Numbered from the stretch's first letter, positions 1 to 7,691 are shown. The stretch is DNA of 32,000 bases from Thermosulfurimonas dismutans (GCF_001652585.1 NZ_LWLG01000001.1:90001-122000), one strand, 5' to 3'. Translations and numbers: made by a program. The notes: generated from the sequence alone by a model not told the origin.

Positions 1-961
<961 letters not shown>

Positions 962-1025
962 TTAAACCCCATACTGACAAGAAGAACGCCTTTACGTAAG
1001 CCCAAACTCCCATTATGTTTTAGAT

Positions 1026-1829
1026 ATGATCCGAGAGCCGGCGGTAGCAGGTCAGTTTTATAGCAATGATCCCGAAACTCTCCGGCTAGAGCTCTCCCGC
1101 CTAATTGTGGAGAAGGAACCCAAGGTAGAGGCCAAGGCCGTAGTGGCCCCACACGCCGGTTACATGTATTCGGGCCATGTAGCCGGTGCGGTTTACGGTC
1201 GCCTTGTACCTCCAGAAGTAGCAGTGGTTATCGGGCCTAATCATACCGGCCTTGGGCAGGCAGCCGCCATCCTGCCCTACGGGACCTTCCTCACTCCTTT
1301 GGGAGAGGCCCCTATTGAGGCCTCGCTGGCCGAAGCTCTGCTTCAGAAGGTCCCCTTCCTTCGAGAAGACGCCCTGGCTCATCTCTATGAACATTCATTA
1401 GAGGTCCAAGTCCCTTTTCTGCAGTATTTAAATCCATCGATAAGCCTGGTTCCTATCTGTCTTTCGAGGCTTGACTATGAAGAGATGGCCACTTTAGGAC
1501 GGGCCCTGGCGGAAGTGATAGCGAACCACCCTCGAAGGATAACCATTGTAGCCAGTACAGATTTCAGTCATTACGTCCCAGACGAGGTAGCCCGGGCCAA
1601 GGATCGCCTAGCCATTGAACGCATCCTTGCGTTTGATACCAAAGGGCTACTTGAGGTGGTCTTCCGCGAGAACATCAGTATGTGTGGTGTCATTCCCACG
1701 GCGGTGACTATAGAAGCAGCCCGCCATCTAGACGCTTCGCAAGCCGAACTGGTAAAATACGCCACCTCCGGAGAGGTCTCCGGAGACTACGCTCAGGTGG
1801 TAGGCTACGGTGGAATTCTGATGTGGTAG
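1026..1829 (+). CDS. amrB: AmmeMemoRadiSam system protein B (MEMO1-family)
   Basis: 267-aa ORF. The N-terminus MIREPAVAGQFY and the His-containing motifs APHAGYMYSG, HSLEVQVPFLQ and STDFSHY are typical of the Memo/AmrB family. The ORF ends 9 nt before the gltX ATG. Confidence 0.8.
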   Translation: MIREPAVAGQFYSNDPETLRLELSRLIVEKEPKVEAKAVVAPHAGYMYSGHVAGAVYGRLVPPEVAVVIGPNHTGLGQAAAILPYGTFLTPLGEAPIEASLAEALLQKVPFLREDALAHLYEHSLEVQVPFLQYLNPSISLVPICLSRLDYEEMATLGRALAEVIANHPRRITIVASTDFSHYVPDEVARAKDRLAIERILAFDTKGLLEVVFRENISMCGVIPTAVTIEAARHLDASQAELVKYATSGEVSGDYAQVVGYGGILMW

Positions 1830-1837
1830 AGGGTACC

Positions 1838-3235
1838 ATGAACAAAATCAAGACCCGTTTTCCACCCAGTCCCACGGGACATCTTCACCTAGGAGGGGCT
1901 CGCACGGCCCTTTTTAACTGGCTATTTGCCAGACACCACGGAGGGCTCTTCGTCCTCCGTTTTGAGGACACCGACCGGGAGCGCTCCCGGCAGGAATATG
2001 TGGACTCCATCCGGGAGGCCCTGGAGTGGCTTGGTCTTTATTGGGATGAAGGTCCCTACTTCCAATCTCAGCGCCTCGAGATCTATAGGGAATATGCCCG
2101 TAGGCTTTACGAGGAGGGCAAGGCCTATTACTGCGAGTGCTCCCCCGATGAACTCGAACGCAAACGTAAGGAGGCCTTGGCCGCAGGACGTAAACCCAAA
2201 TACGATGGTACCTGCCGGGAAAAGGATCTCCCCCCTGGTCCAGGACGGGTTCTGCGTTTAAAAATTCCCCCCGTGGGGACCACGGTGGTGGAAGACCTTA
2301 TCCGGGGAGCAGTGGCCTTTGACCATCAAGAGCTCGACGACTTCATCCTAGTAAGAAGCGACGGTACCCCCACTTATCAATTTGCAGTCGTGGTGGACGA
2401 TCTCACCATGGGCATCACGCATGTCATCCGGGGAGACGATCACCTCTCAAACACCCCCAAGCAAATTCTCCTCTACAAGGCCCTAGGGGCCGAACCTCCA
2501 AAATTCGCCCACGTACCCATGATCCTGGGTCCGGACGGCACTCGGCTTTCCAAACGCCACGGAGCTCTCTCTATCTTGGCCTATCGGGAGGAAGGATACC
2601 TTCCCCAAGCCCTGCGAAACTATCTCGTGCGTCTGGGCTGGTCGTACGGAGACCAGGAAATCTTTACCTTAGAGGAGATGATCGAAAAGTTCGATCTTTC
2701 CAGGGTGAGCAAATCCGCGGCCCGGTTCGACCCCGAAAAATTTCTGGCTCTGAACGCCCACTGGCTCCGGGCCACCCCCACGGAGGAACTTGCCGAAGAA
2801 ATAAAGCCCTTCATCACCAAGCTTGGGTTGCCCATCCCCGAAAAGGAGTATCTCCTCCAGGCCCTTGAGACCGTCAAACCCCGGGCTCGAACCCTTCTTG
2901 AGGCCGCGGAGATGATGCGGTTTTATCTAGTGGAGGAAATCTCGTACGATCCTAAAGCCGCTCAGAAGTTTCTCACTCCAGAAATTGTACCGGTGTTTGA
3001 GAGGCTCCTCCAAGAACTTGCGAAAGTCGAGTTTGAGGACGAGGCCTTGGAGAAGCTCTTCCGAGGGTTAGCCGAAGAACTAGGGCTTAAGCTCAAAAAG
3101 ATCGCTCAGCCGGTACGGGTGGCTTTGACCGGCAAAACCGTAAGCCCGGGGCTTTTTGAAATTATGCGCATTTTGGGAAGGGATCGCGTATTGAAGCGTC
3201 TCAAACAAGCTCTGAACTACATAAAGGAGGCCTAG
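1838..3235 (+). CDS. gltX: Glutamate--tRNA ligase (class I aaRS)
   Basis: The ORF-track frame is 1682..3235, but the conserved protein begins at the ATG at 1838 (MNKIKTRFPPSPTGHLHLGGARTALFNW, HIGH-type motif). A KMSKS-type motif is present (RLSKRHG). The 52 upstream codons are Arg-rich, overlap amrB and are not GltX-like. Confidence 0.93.
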   Translation: MNKIKTRFPPSPTGHLHLGGARTALFNWLFARHHGGLFVLRFEDTDRERSRQEYVDSIREALEWLGLYWDEGPYFQSQRLEIYREYARRLYEEGKAYYCECSPDELERKRKEALAAGRKPKYDGTCREKDLPPGPGRVLRLKIPPVGTTVVEDLIRGAVAFDHQELDDFILVRSDGTPTYQFAVVVDDLTMGITHVIRGDDHLSNTPKQILLYKALGAEPPKFAHVPMILGPDGTRLSKRHGALSILAYREEGYLPQALRNYLVRLGWSYGDQEIFTLEEMIEKFDLSRVSKSAARFDPEKFLALNAHWLRATPTEELAEEIKPFITKLGLPIPEKEYLLQALETVKPRARTLLEAAEMMRFYLVEEISYDPKAAQKFLTPEIVPVFERLLQELAKVEFEDEALEKLFRGLAEELGLKLKKIAQPVRVALTGKTVSPGLFEIMRILGRDRVLKRLKQALNYIKEA

Positions 3236-3240
3236 ATCCT

Positions 3241-3330
3241 ATGACCGATCTACTAATAATTCTCTTGATCCTTCTCTTTTGGATCTTCTTGAACAAAGTG
3301 CTATTGCCAAAAATGGGAGTTCCTACCTGA
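3241..3330 (+). CDS. Hypothetical 29-aa single-pass membrane peptide (the frame continues to 3396 if the TGA at 3328 is recoded)
   Basis: Below the ORF-track size cutoff. My translation is MTDLLIILLILLFWIFLNKVLLPKMGVPT followed by TGA. The ATG lies 10 nt after an AAGGAGG embedded in the last gltX codons. The peptide is strongly hydrophobic and helix-like. No family recognised. Confidence 0.3.
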   Translation: MTDLLIILLILLFWIFLNKVLLPKMGVPT

Positions 3331-3346
3331 ATGTCTCAAACTTCCT

Positions 3347-3365
3347 GCTCTCTGGATCAGAGAGC
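3347..3365. terminator. Perfect 8-bp hairpin (GCTCTCTG-GAT-CAGAGAGC) between convergent gltX/mini-ORF and tRNA-Arg
   Basis: The inverted repeat was read directly from the sequence. It sits where + and - strand transcription converge. Neither side has a clean U-tract, so the terminator role is tentative. An alternative SECIS-like role is discussed in the findings. Confidence 0.35.
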
Positions 3366-3396
3366 TTCCAAGAAGAAAAGAAAGGCCAAAAAATAG

Positions 3397-3470
3397 AGGG
3401 CGCGGCGGGATTCGAACCCACGACCTCTGGCTCCGGAGGCCAACGCTCTATCCGACTGAGCTACGCGCCC
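3397..3470 (-). tRNA. tRNA-Arg (anticodon CCG)
   Basis: The reverse complement is GGGCGCG TA GCTC AGTCGGATA GAGC G TTGGC CTCCGGA GCCAG AGGTC GTGGG TTCGAAT CCCGC CGCGCCC. It folds as a cloverleaf with a 7-bp acceptor stem, the GG of the D-loop, the TTCGAAT T-loop and anticodon loop CU-CCG-GA. No CCA is encoded. Confidence 0.9.
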
Positions 3471-3481
3471 TTCTTCCTCAA

Positions 3482-3509
3482 ATTTTAAAAGTCCTCCCCA
3501 ACCTGTCAA
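3482..3509 (-). promoter_or_regulatory. Sigma70-like promoter for tRNA-Arg (-35 TTGACA, 16-nt spacer, -10 TAAAAT)
   Basis: The minus strand reads TTGACA (3509..3504), ggttggggaggacttt, TAAAAT (3487..3482). The tRNA 5' end follows about 11 nt later. The -35 element abuts the leuD stop codon. This is a consensus match by eye only. Confidence 0.45.
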
Positions 3510-4025
3510 CTAGCCGTCTTCAAGTCGAGCGTTACGGTATTTGCAGATGAGATGAGGAATCAGTCCTCCGTCCCGAATGAGCTCCTGCATAAAAGGTGGA
3601 AGAGGCCGTACCTTATACACCTTGCCCTTGGTGAGATTACGGATCTCGCCCGCCTCAGGGTCCACTTCGATCTCATCACCCTCTTCGATATCCCGGCTGG
3701 CCTCGGTACTCTCCAATATCAAAAGACCGGTGTTGAAGGCGTTGCGATAGAAGATGCGGGCAAAACTTTCGGCAATCACACAAGCCACTCCACAGGCCTT
3801 GATGGCCACCGGAGCGTGTTCCCGAGAAGAACCGCAACCGAAGTTTTTCCCGGCCACGATGATGTCTCCGGGATTGACCTTTTTGACAAATTCGGGATCG
3901 GCATCCTCCATACAGTGTTTGGCTAGTTCCTTAGGGTCAGTAGTATTTAAGTAACGGGCCGGGATAATAACATCCGTATCCACATTATCTCCGAATTTAA
4001 AGGCTTTTCCTCGGATAGCAGCCAT
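3510..4025 (-). CDS. leuD: 3-isopropylmalate dehydratase small subunit (aconitase-family swivel domain, short archaeal-like type)
   Basis: 171-aa ORF with the conserved [14 protein letters not shown] motif. It starts 3 nt after the stop of the large subunit gene. Confidence 0.85.
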   Translation of the reverse strand: MAAIRGKAFKFGDNVDTDVIIPARYLNTTDPKELAKHCMEDADPEFVKKVNPGDIIVAGKNFGCGSSREHAPVAIKACGVACVIAESFARIFYRNAFNTGLLILESTEASRDIEEGDEIEVDPEAGEIRNLTKGKVYKVRPLPPFMQELIRDGGLIPHLICKYRNARLEDG

Positions 4026-4028
4026 GAT

Positions 4029-5309
4029 TTAAGCCTCCTTCAATCCCAATTCTTCCGGGCTTCCAATACGACCAAGCACCGCCGAGGCCGCGGCCACCGC
4101 TGGCCCGGCAAGATAGACCTCGCTTTCGGGATGCCCCATGCGCCCGACAAAGTTCCGGTTGGTGGTAGCCACCGCCCGCTCACCTTTGGCGAGGATTCCC
4201 ATATGCCCTCCGAGACAGGGCCCGCAAGTGGGCGGGGAAATAATGGCTCCGGCCTCTAGGAAAATCCGAAGGTAGCCGCGCCTCAAAGCCTCCCGATACA
4301 CAAAGGGCGTAGCTGGAATAATAATGGTCCGCACATTGGGATTAACCTTGCGTCCATTGAGGATCTTGGCCGCCACTGCTAAGTCCTCAAGTCTCCCGTT
4401 GGTGCAGGAGCCGATCACCACCTGATCAATAGGAATCTCTGGAATCTCGGTCACAGGTTTTACGTTGGAGGGCAGATGAGGAAAGGCCACCTGAAGCTCG
4501 ATCTTGGAACAGTCATATTCCCTGATCTCCCGATAACGGGCTTTACGATCGCTTTTATAGATCTTGGGAGCCTTATGAGAGTGTTTACGCACATAGTTCA
4601 GGGTTCGGCGATCAGGCTCAATGAGGCCTACCTTCCCCCCGGCCTCAATGGCCATGTTGGCCATAGTGAAACGCTCCGCCATAGGTAGCCTGCGGATAAC
4701 CTCTCCGGCGAACTCCATAGCCATGTAAAGGGCCCCATCTACCCCGATGTCTCCAATAGTATACAGAATCAGGTCCTTCCCCGAGACCCAAGGCTTGAGT
4801 TTTCCCCTATAGACAAAGCGGATAGTCTCCGGAACCTTAAACCAAGTCCTCCCGGTAATCCAAGTCGCCGCAAGGTCGGTAGAGCCCACTCCAGTGGCAA
4901 AGGCCCCTAGAGCCCCGTAAGTACAGGTATGACTATCGGCTCCAATCACGATATCCCCCGGGGCCACCAACCCCAGCTCCGGGAGCAGAGCGTGTTCGAT
5001 TCCGCAAACCCCACCCTCATAGTAGTGTTTTATCTTGAAGCGATGGGCAAATTCCCGACAAACCCTCACCTGCTCGGCGCTTTTTATATCCTTGTTAGGT
5101 GTAAAGTGATCCATAACGAGCACAACGCGATCGGGGTCAAAGAGCCGGTTGATCTTGGTTTCTTCAAAAATCTTTATGGCCAGAGGAGCCGTAATATCGT
5201 TGGCCAAGGTCAGATCCACCGGGACTTCAACCAATTCCCCGGGTTCTACCGCCGGAAGCTCGGCCCGATCCGCCAGGATCTTTTCGGCCATGGTCATGGG
5301 TCGCTTCAT
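4029..5309 (-). CDS. leuC: 3-isopropylmalate dehydratase large subunit (aconitase family, about 426 aa type)
   Basis: Carries the aconitase-family Fe-S ligand motifs (GADSHTCT, IGSCTNGR, CGPCLGGH). I place the start at the ATG at 5309 (MKRPMTMAEKIL), 5 nt after a GGAGG. The ORF-track start at 5324 is a GTG lying inside that Shine-Dalgarno sequence. Confidence 0.88.
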   Translation of the reverse strand: MKRPMTMAEKILADRAELPAVEPGELVEVPVDLTLANDITAPLAIKIFEETKINRLFDPDRVVLVMDHFTPNKDIKSAEQVRVCREFAHRFKIKHYYEGGVCGIEHALLPELGLVAPGDIVIGADSHTCTYGALGAFATGVGSTDLAATWITGRTWFKVPETIRFVYRGKLKPWVSGKDLILYTIGDIGVDGALYMAMEFAGEVIRRLPMAERFTMANMAIEAGGKVGLIEPDRRTLNYVRKHSHKAPKIYKSDRKARYREIREYDCSKIELQVAFPHLPSNVKPVTEIPEIPIDQVVIGSCTNGRLEDLAVAAKILNGRKVNPNVRTIIIPATPFVYREALRRGYLRIFLEAGAIISPPTCGPCLGGHMGILAKGERAVATTNRNFVGRMGHPESEVYLAGPAVAAASAVLGRIGSPEELGLKEA

Positions 5310-5400
5310 CGGAAACCTCCACACCTTTGAATAAGGTTTTATTTAATTACTACCTATTAAGCTTCTAGACAAGCACCCTTACAGGGGGTATCGCTAAATT

Positions 5401-6048
5401 ATGAAAGCCCTCAGGGAAGCGGCCAGAGATCTGGCCTACCTCCTGGATCGCGGTTATCCCGAAAGAGCTAGTCTCAAATTGATCGGGGATCGCTTCGGTC
5501 TCACCGCTGAAGAGAGGGAACTTCTCATCCGGGCCACCGTTCCCCGGCAAAAGGCCCTTCTCCGCCGGCAAAAGAAGGTGAGGGCCCGAGAGCTTAGAGG
5601 AGCCCGGGTAAGCGTTGACGGCTTCAATGTCTTGGCTACCCTAACACACGCCTTAAGAGGTTACCCCCTTGTGCTTGCCAGAGACGGTTTTATAAGAGAT
5701 GCCGTGCGAGCCGGGAAAAATTTGCGTCTTGAACCAGAACTACCCTCGCTCCTTGGACTCCTTGAAAAATTCTTTCGCCGGTTTCGTCCTGCTCATGTCG
5801 GTTTCTATTTCGATGCCCCCGTTTCTGGAAGTGGAAAGCTTGCGGCCAGGATCCGTATCTGGCTCAAAGAGCTACCCCTCCCGGGTGAGGCTCTAGCATT
5901 GCGCGACGCCGAAAGGCGGGTGCTCTCTGGAGAAATCGTCTGCACCGCGGACGGACCTCTCCTTGAGCGTGCGGATAAGGTCTTTGATCTTGCAGGCTTC
6001 ATTGTTCGGCGTTATCTGAGAAGCCCCCTCTTCAAACTCTTCAGTTAA
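5401..6048 (+). CDS. Hypothetical protein, DUF434-like N-terminus plus a PIN/NYN-like C-terminal domain
   Basis: 215-aa ORF. The N-terminal LREAARDLAYLLDRGYPERASLKLIGDRFGL resembles the DUF434 family as I remember it. The C-terminal half (VSVDGFNVL ... FYFDAPVSGSG ... VCTADGPLL) looks like a small nuclease-like alpha/beta fold. The family assignment is from memory and not searched. Confidence 0.55.
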   Translation: MKALREAARDLAYLLDRGYPERASLKLIGDRFGLTAEERELLIRATVPRQKALLRRQKKVRARELRGARVSVDGFNVLATLTHALRGYPLVLARDGFIRDAVRAGKNLRLEPELPSLLGLLEKFFRRFRPAHVGFYFDAPVSGSGKLAARIRIWLKELPLPGEALALRDAERRVLSGEIVCTADGPLLERADKVFDLAGFIVRRYLRSPLFKLFS

Positions 6049-7336
6049 CAGGCCCGGGACAAAAGGGATCGCGATCCCGAAAGGGATCAAGGCCGGAAGT
6101 GGCGATCACGGCCAGACATCCTCGACAAATAGCGTAGAGCCGACAGTCATAGCAGGCCTCTGGCCCCCGGCGGTATTTCTCGGACCTCTCCGAGTGATAG
6201 ATCTCCAAGAGATCGTTCTCAAAGATATTTCCCAAATAAGAAGAAAATTTCCGACAGGCATGGACCTCGCCATCCGGGAGAAGGGCCACAAAGTTGAAGG
6301 CCGCGCCACAACCAAAGCCGGTACAGCCCCCACAAAGTTCGTCTTTCTTGCGGTAAAGCAGATGGTTAAAAAGATTGTCCTTCAAATGGAGGTGAGGCAG
6401 GTTTGCACTCTCCTCAAGAAATTCCACCATCAAACGAAAAAAAGTGTCCCTTTCAGCCGGAGAAAGTTTTCGGCCCTCCCCGGTAAGGGCCAACCGATTA
6501 AATGTAAAGGTCTCCACTCGACCGGAAAGGCTTCTGGCCAGAGGCAGGACCTGATCGACGTTTCCGGCATGAAGGGTCAACATCACGCTCGCTGAGACCC
6601 CGGAATCCTTAAGCATTTCTAGGAAGGAAAGCGTTCGCCTAAAATGGCCTGGGCCTCGGATAAAGTCGTTGTAAGCTTCAAGGCCCTCAAGGCTTACCTG
6701 ATAGTAGGCCGGGGGTTCAATGGCAAGAATCCTCTCAAACCAGGCCTCCGGTACCGGATTCCCCAAAATGGCCAGGGTAAAATCTCTCTCCGAGGCCTCC
6801 CTATAGAGCTCGAAGAAGTCGGGATGCAGAAAGGGATTGCCTCCGGAAAACGAAATCTGGCCCTGGACCCGCATCTCTTCACAGAAATCATAGAAACGAT
6901 CCAGCACTCTCAAGGCCTCTTTAAGATTTAAGGGCCTGCGGTCGGTGCGGTCGTAACAATGACGGCAGGCAAGATCGCAGCGCTGGGTAAGGTGCCACTG
7001 AAGGGTAAAAATCTCCGACCGACGAAAATCCTCTCCCGGGAACCAGGCCTCTTTATAAGGACTTCCGGACCGAACAACCCGAGTAGGTTCTTTGAGGAGA
7101 TACCCCTTCTTAACGCCTAACCTGAGGACCCCCTTTAGGACGCTTAATGAGACCGCCTCTTTGTGGGCCACTTCTCTGAGATCCCTATCTTCAAGGACAA
7201 GTTTCAGGGCTAGAAGATCATAGGGAGATGGTTTTTCCCGGTGCTTTTGGTCGGTCTTGAGATCTTTCCAGAAGAGCTCAAAGTCCCCTCCCTGCCTCTT
7301 TAGTTCAAGGGTAGGGTTTAAATAATAGCCCTTCAC
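6041..7336 (-). CDS. Radical SAM/SPASM-domain peptide maturase with an N-terminal extension of about 110 aa (SbtM-like candidate)
   Basis: 431-aa ORF with a GTG start. The canonical CxxxCxxC is present at C120/C124/C127 (QRCDLACRHCY). The C-terminal SPASM-type Cys clusters are CGGCTGFGCGAAF..HACRKF and CYDCRLYAICRGC...FCPG. It lies 46 nt downstream of the small UGA-containing ORF. Confidence 0.85.
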   Translation of the reverse strand: MKGYYLNPTLELKRQGGDFELFWKDLKTDQKHREKPSPYDLLALKLVLEDRDLREVAHKEAVSLSVLKGVLRLGVKKGYLLKEPTRVVRSGSPYKEAWFPGEDFRRSEIFTLQWHLTQRCDLACRHCYDRTDRRPLNLKEALRVLDRFYDFCEEMRVQGQISFSGGNPFLHPDFFELYREASERDFTLAILGNPVPEAWFERILAIEPPAYYQVSLEGLEAYNDFIRGPGHFRRTLSFLEMLKDSGVSASVMLTLHAGNVDQVLPLARSLSGRVETFTFNRLALTGEGRKLSPAERDTFFRLMVEFLEESANLPHLHLKDNLFNHLLYRKKDELCGGCTGFGCGAAFNFVALLPDGEVHACRKFSSYLGNIFENDLLEIYHSERSEKYRRGPEACYDCRLYAICRGCLAVIATSGLDPFRDRDPFCPGPVN

Positions 7337-7353
7337 TTTAAGCTTATTCCCCA

Positions 7354-7369
7354 GGGCCTGACCAGGCCC
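7354..7369 (-). promoter_or_regulatory. Intercistronic hairpin GGGCCU-GGUC-AGGCCC between the small ORF and the radical SAM gene
   Basis: A 6-bp GC stem with a 4-nt loop, read on the minus strand 12 nt after the TGA at 7382..7384 and 18 nt before the GTG at 7336. No U-tract follows. It could be a partial terminator or RNA-stability element, as is common between RiPP precursor and enzyme genes. Confidence 0.35.
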
Positions 7370-7381
7370 TTAATCTTAACC

Positions 7382-7657
7382 TCAGCCACTTTTACCAGAA
7401 GGTTTGACAGGCATATGAGCTTCAGGCTTTTCTTCAGAGGCCTTCTCCGTAGCCTCTGGAGTAGCATTTTCGATGGTATTCTTTGAGGACTTTATGTCCA
7501 TATCCATTTGAGCGGCACCGCCGCCCTTCTTGGAACCTCAACCGCTACAGCCACTCTGAGAAAGGGCTCTGGCTGGAAGGCTCAAACCTCCACTCGCAGC
7601 CAAAAGGGCCGAAAGACTAACTCCCGTCAGCATTCTTTTGATTTTTTCTGTTTTCAT
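7382..7657 (-). CDS. Candidate selenocysteine-containing RiPP precursor peptide (91 aa with U40; 39 aa if the TGA terminates)
   Basis: My translation from the ATG at 7657 is MKTEKIKRMLTGVSLSALLAASGGLSLPARALSQSGCSG, then TGA (7540..7538), then GSKKGGGAAQMDMDIKSSKNTIENATPEATEKASEEKPEAHMPVKPSGKSG, then TGA (7384..7382). A GGAGAGAGGAG Shine-Dalgarno sequence sits immediately upstream. An in-frame stop lies 4 codons upstream of the ATG. The gene lies directly 5' of the radical SAM/SPASM gene on the same strand. The ORF track shows only the antisense ORF 7508..7708. Confidence 0.45.
7510..7526 (-). promoter_or_regulatory. bSECIS-like hairpin (17 nt, GGGCGGC-GGU-GCCGCUC) 11 nt 3' of the in-frame UGA
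   Basis: The minus strand reads UGA ggttccaagaa GGGCGGC GGT GCCGCTC. The stem has 5 GC pairs plus G.U and G-C extensions. The apical loop contains GGU. Both the size (17 nt) and the 11-nt spacing match the minimal E. coli fdhF SECIS geometry. Confidence 0.4.
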
Positions 7658-7691
7658 CTCCTCTCTCCTTCACAAAATTTCATATTTCTTA

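Noticed and set aside
1682-1837. 52-codon N-terminal extension of the gltX ORF
   Set aside because: The extension is Arg/Ser/Gly-rich, overlaps the amrB coding frame and is not part of GltX. The conserved protein starts at the ATG at 1838.
3279-3488. 69-aa + strand ORF
   Set aside because: It runs antisense straight through the tRNA-Arg gene, and its 'AAGFEPTTSGSGGQRSIRLSYAP' segment is simply the translated tRNA complement.
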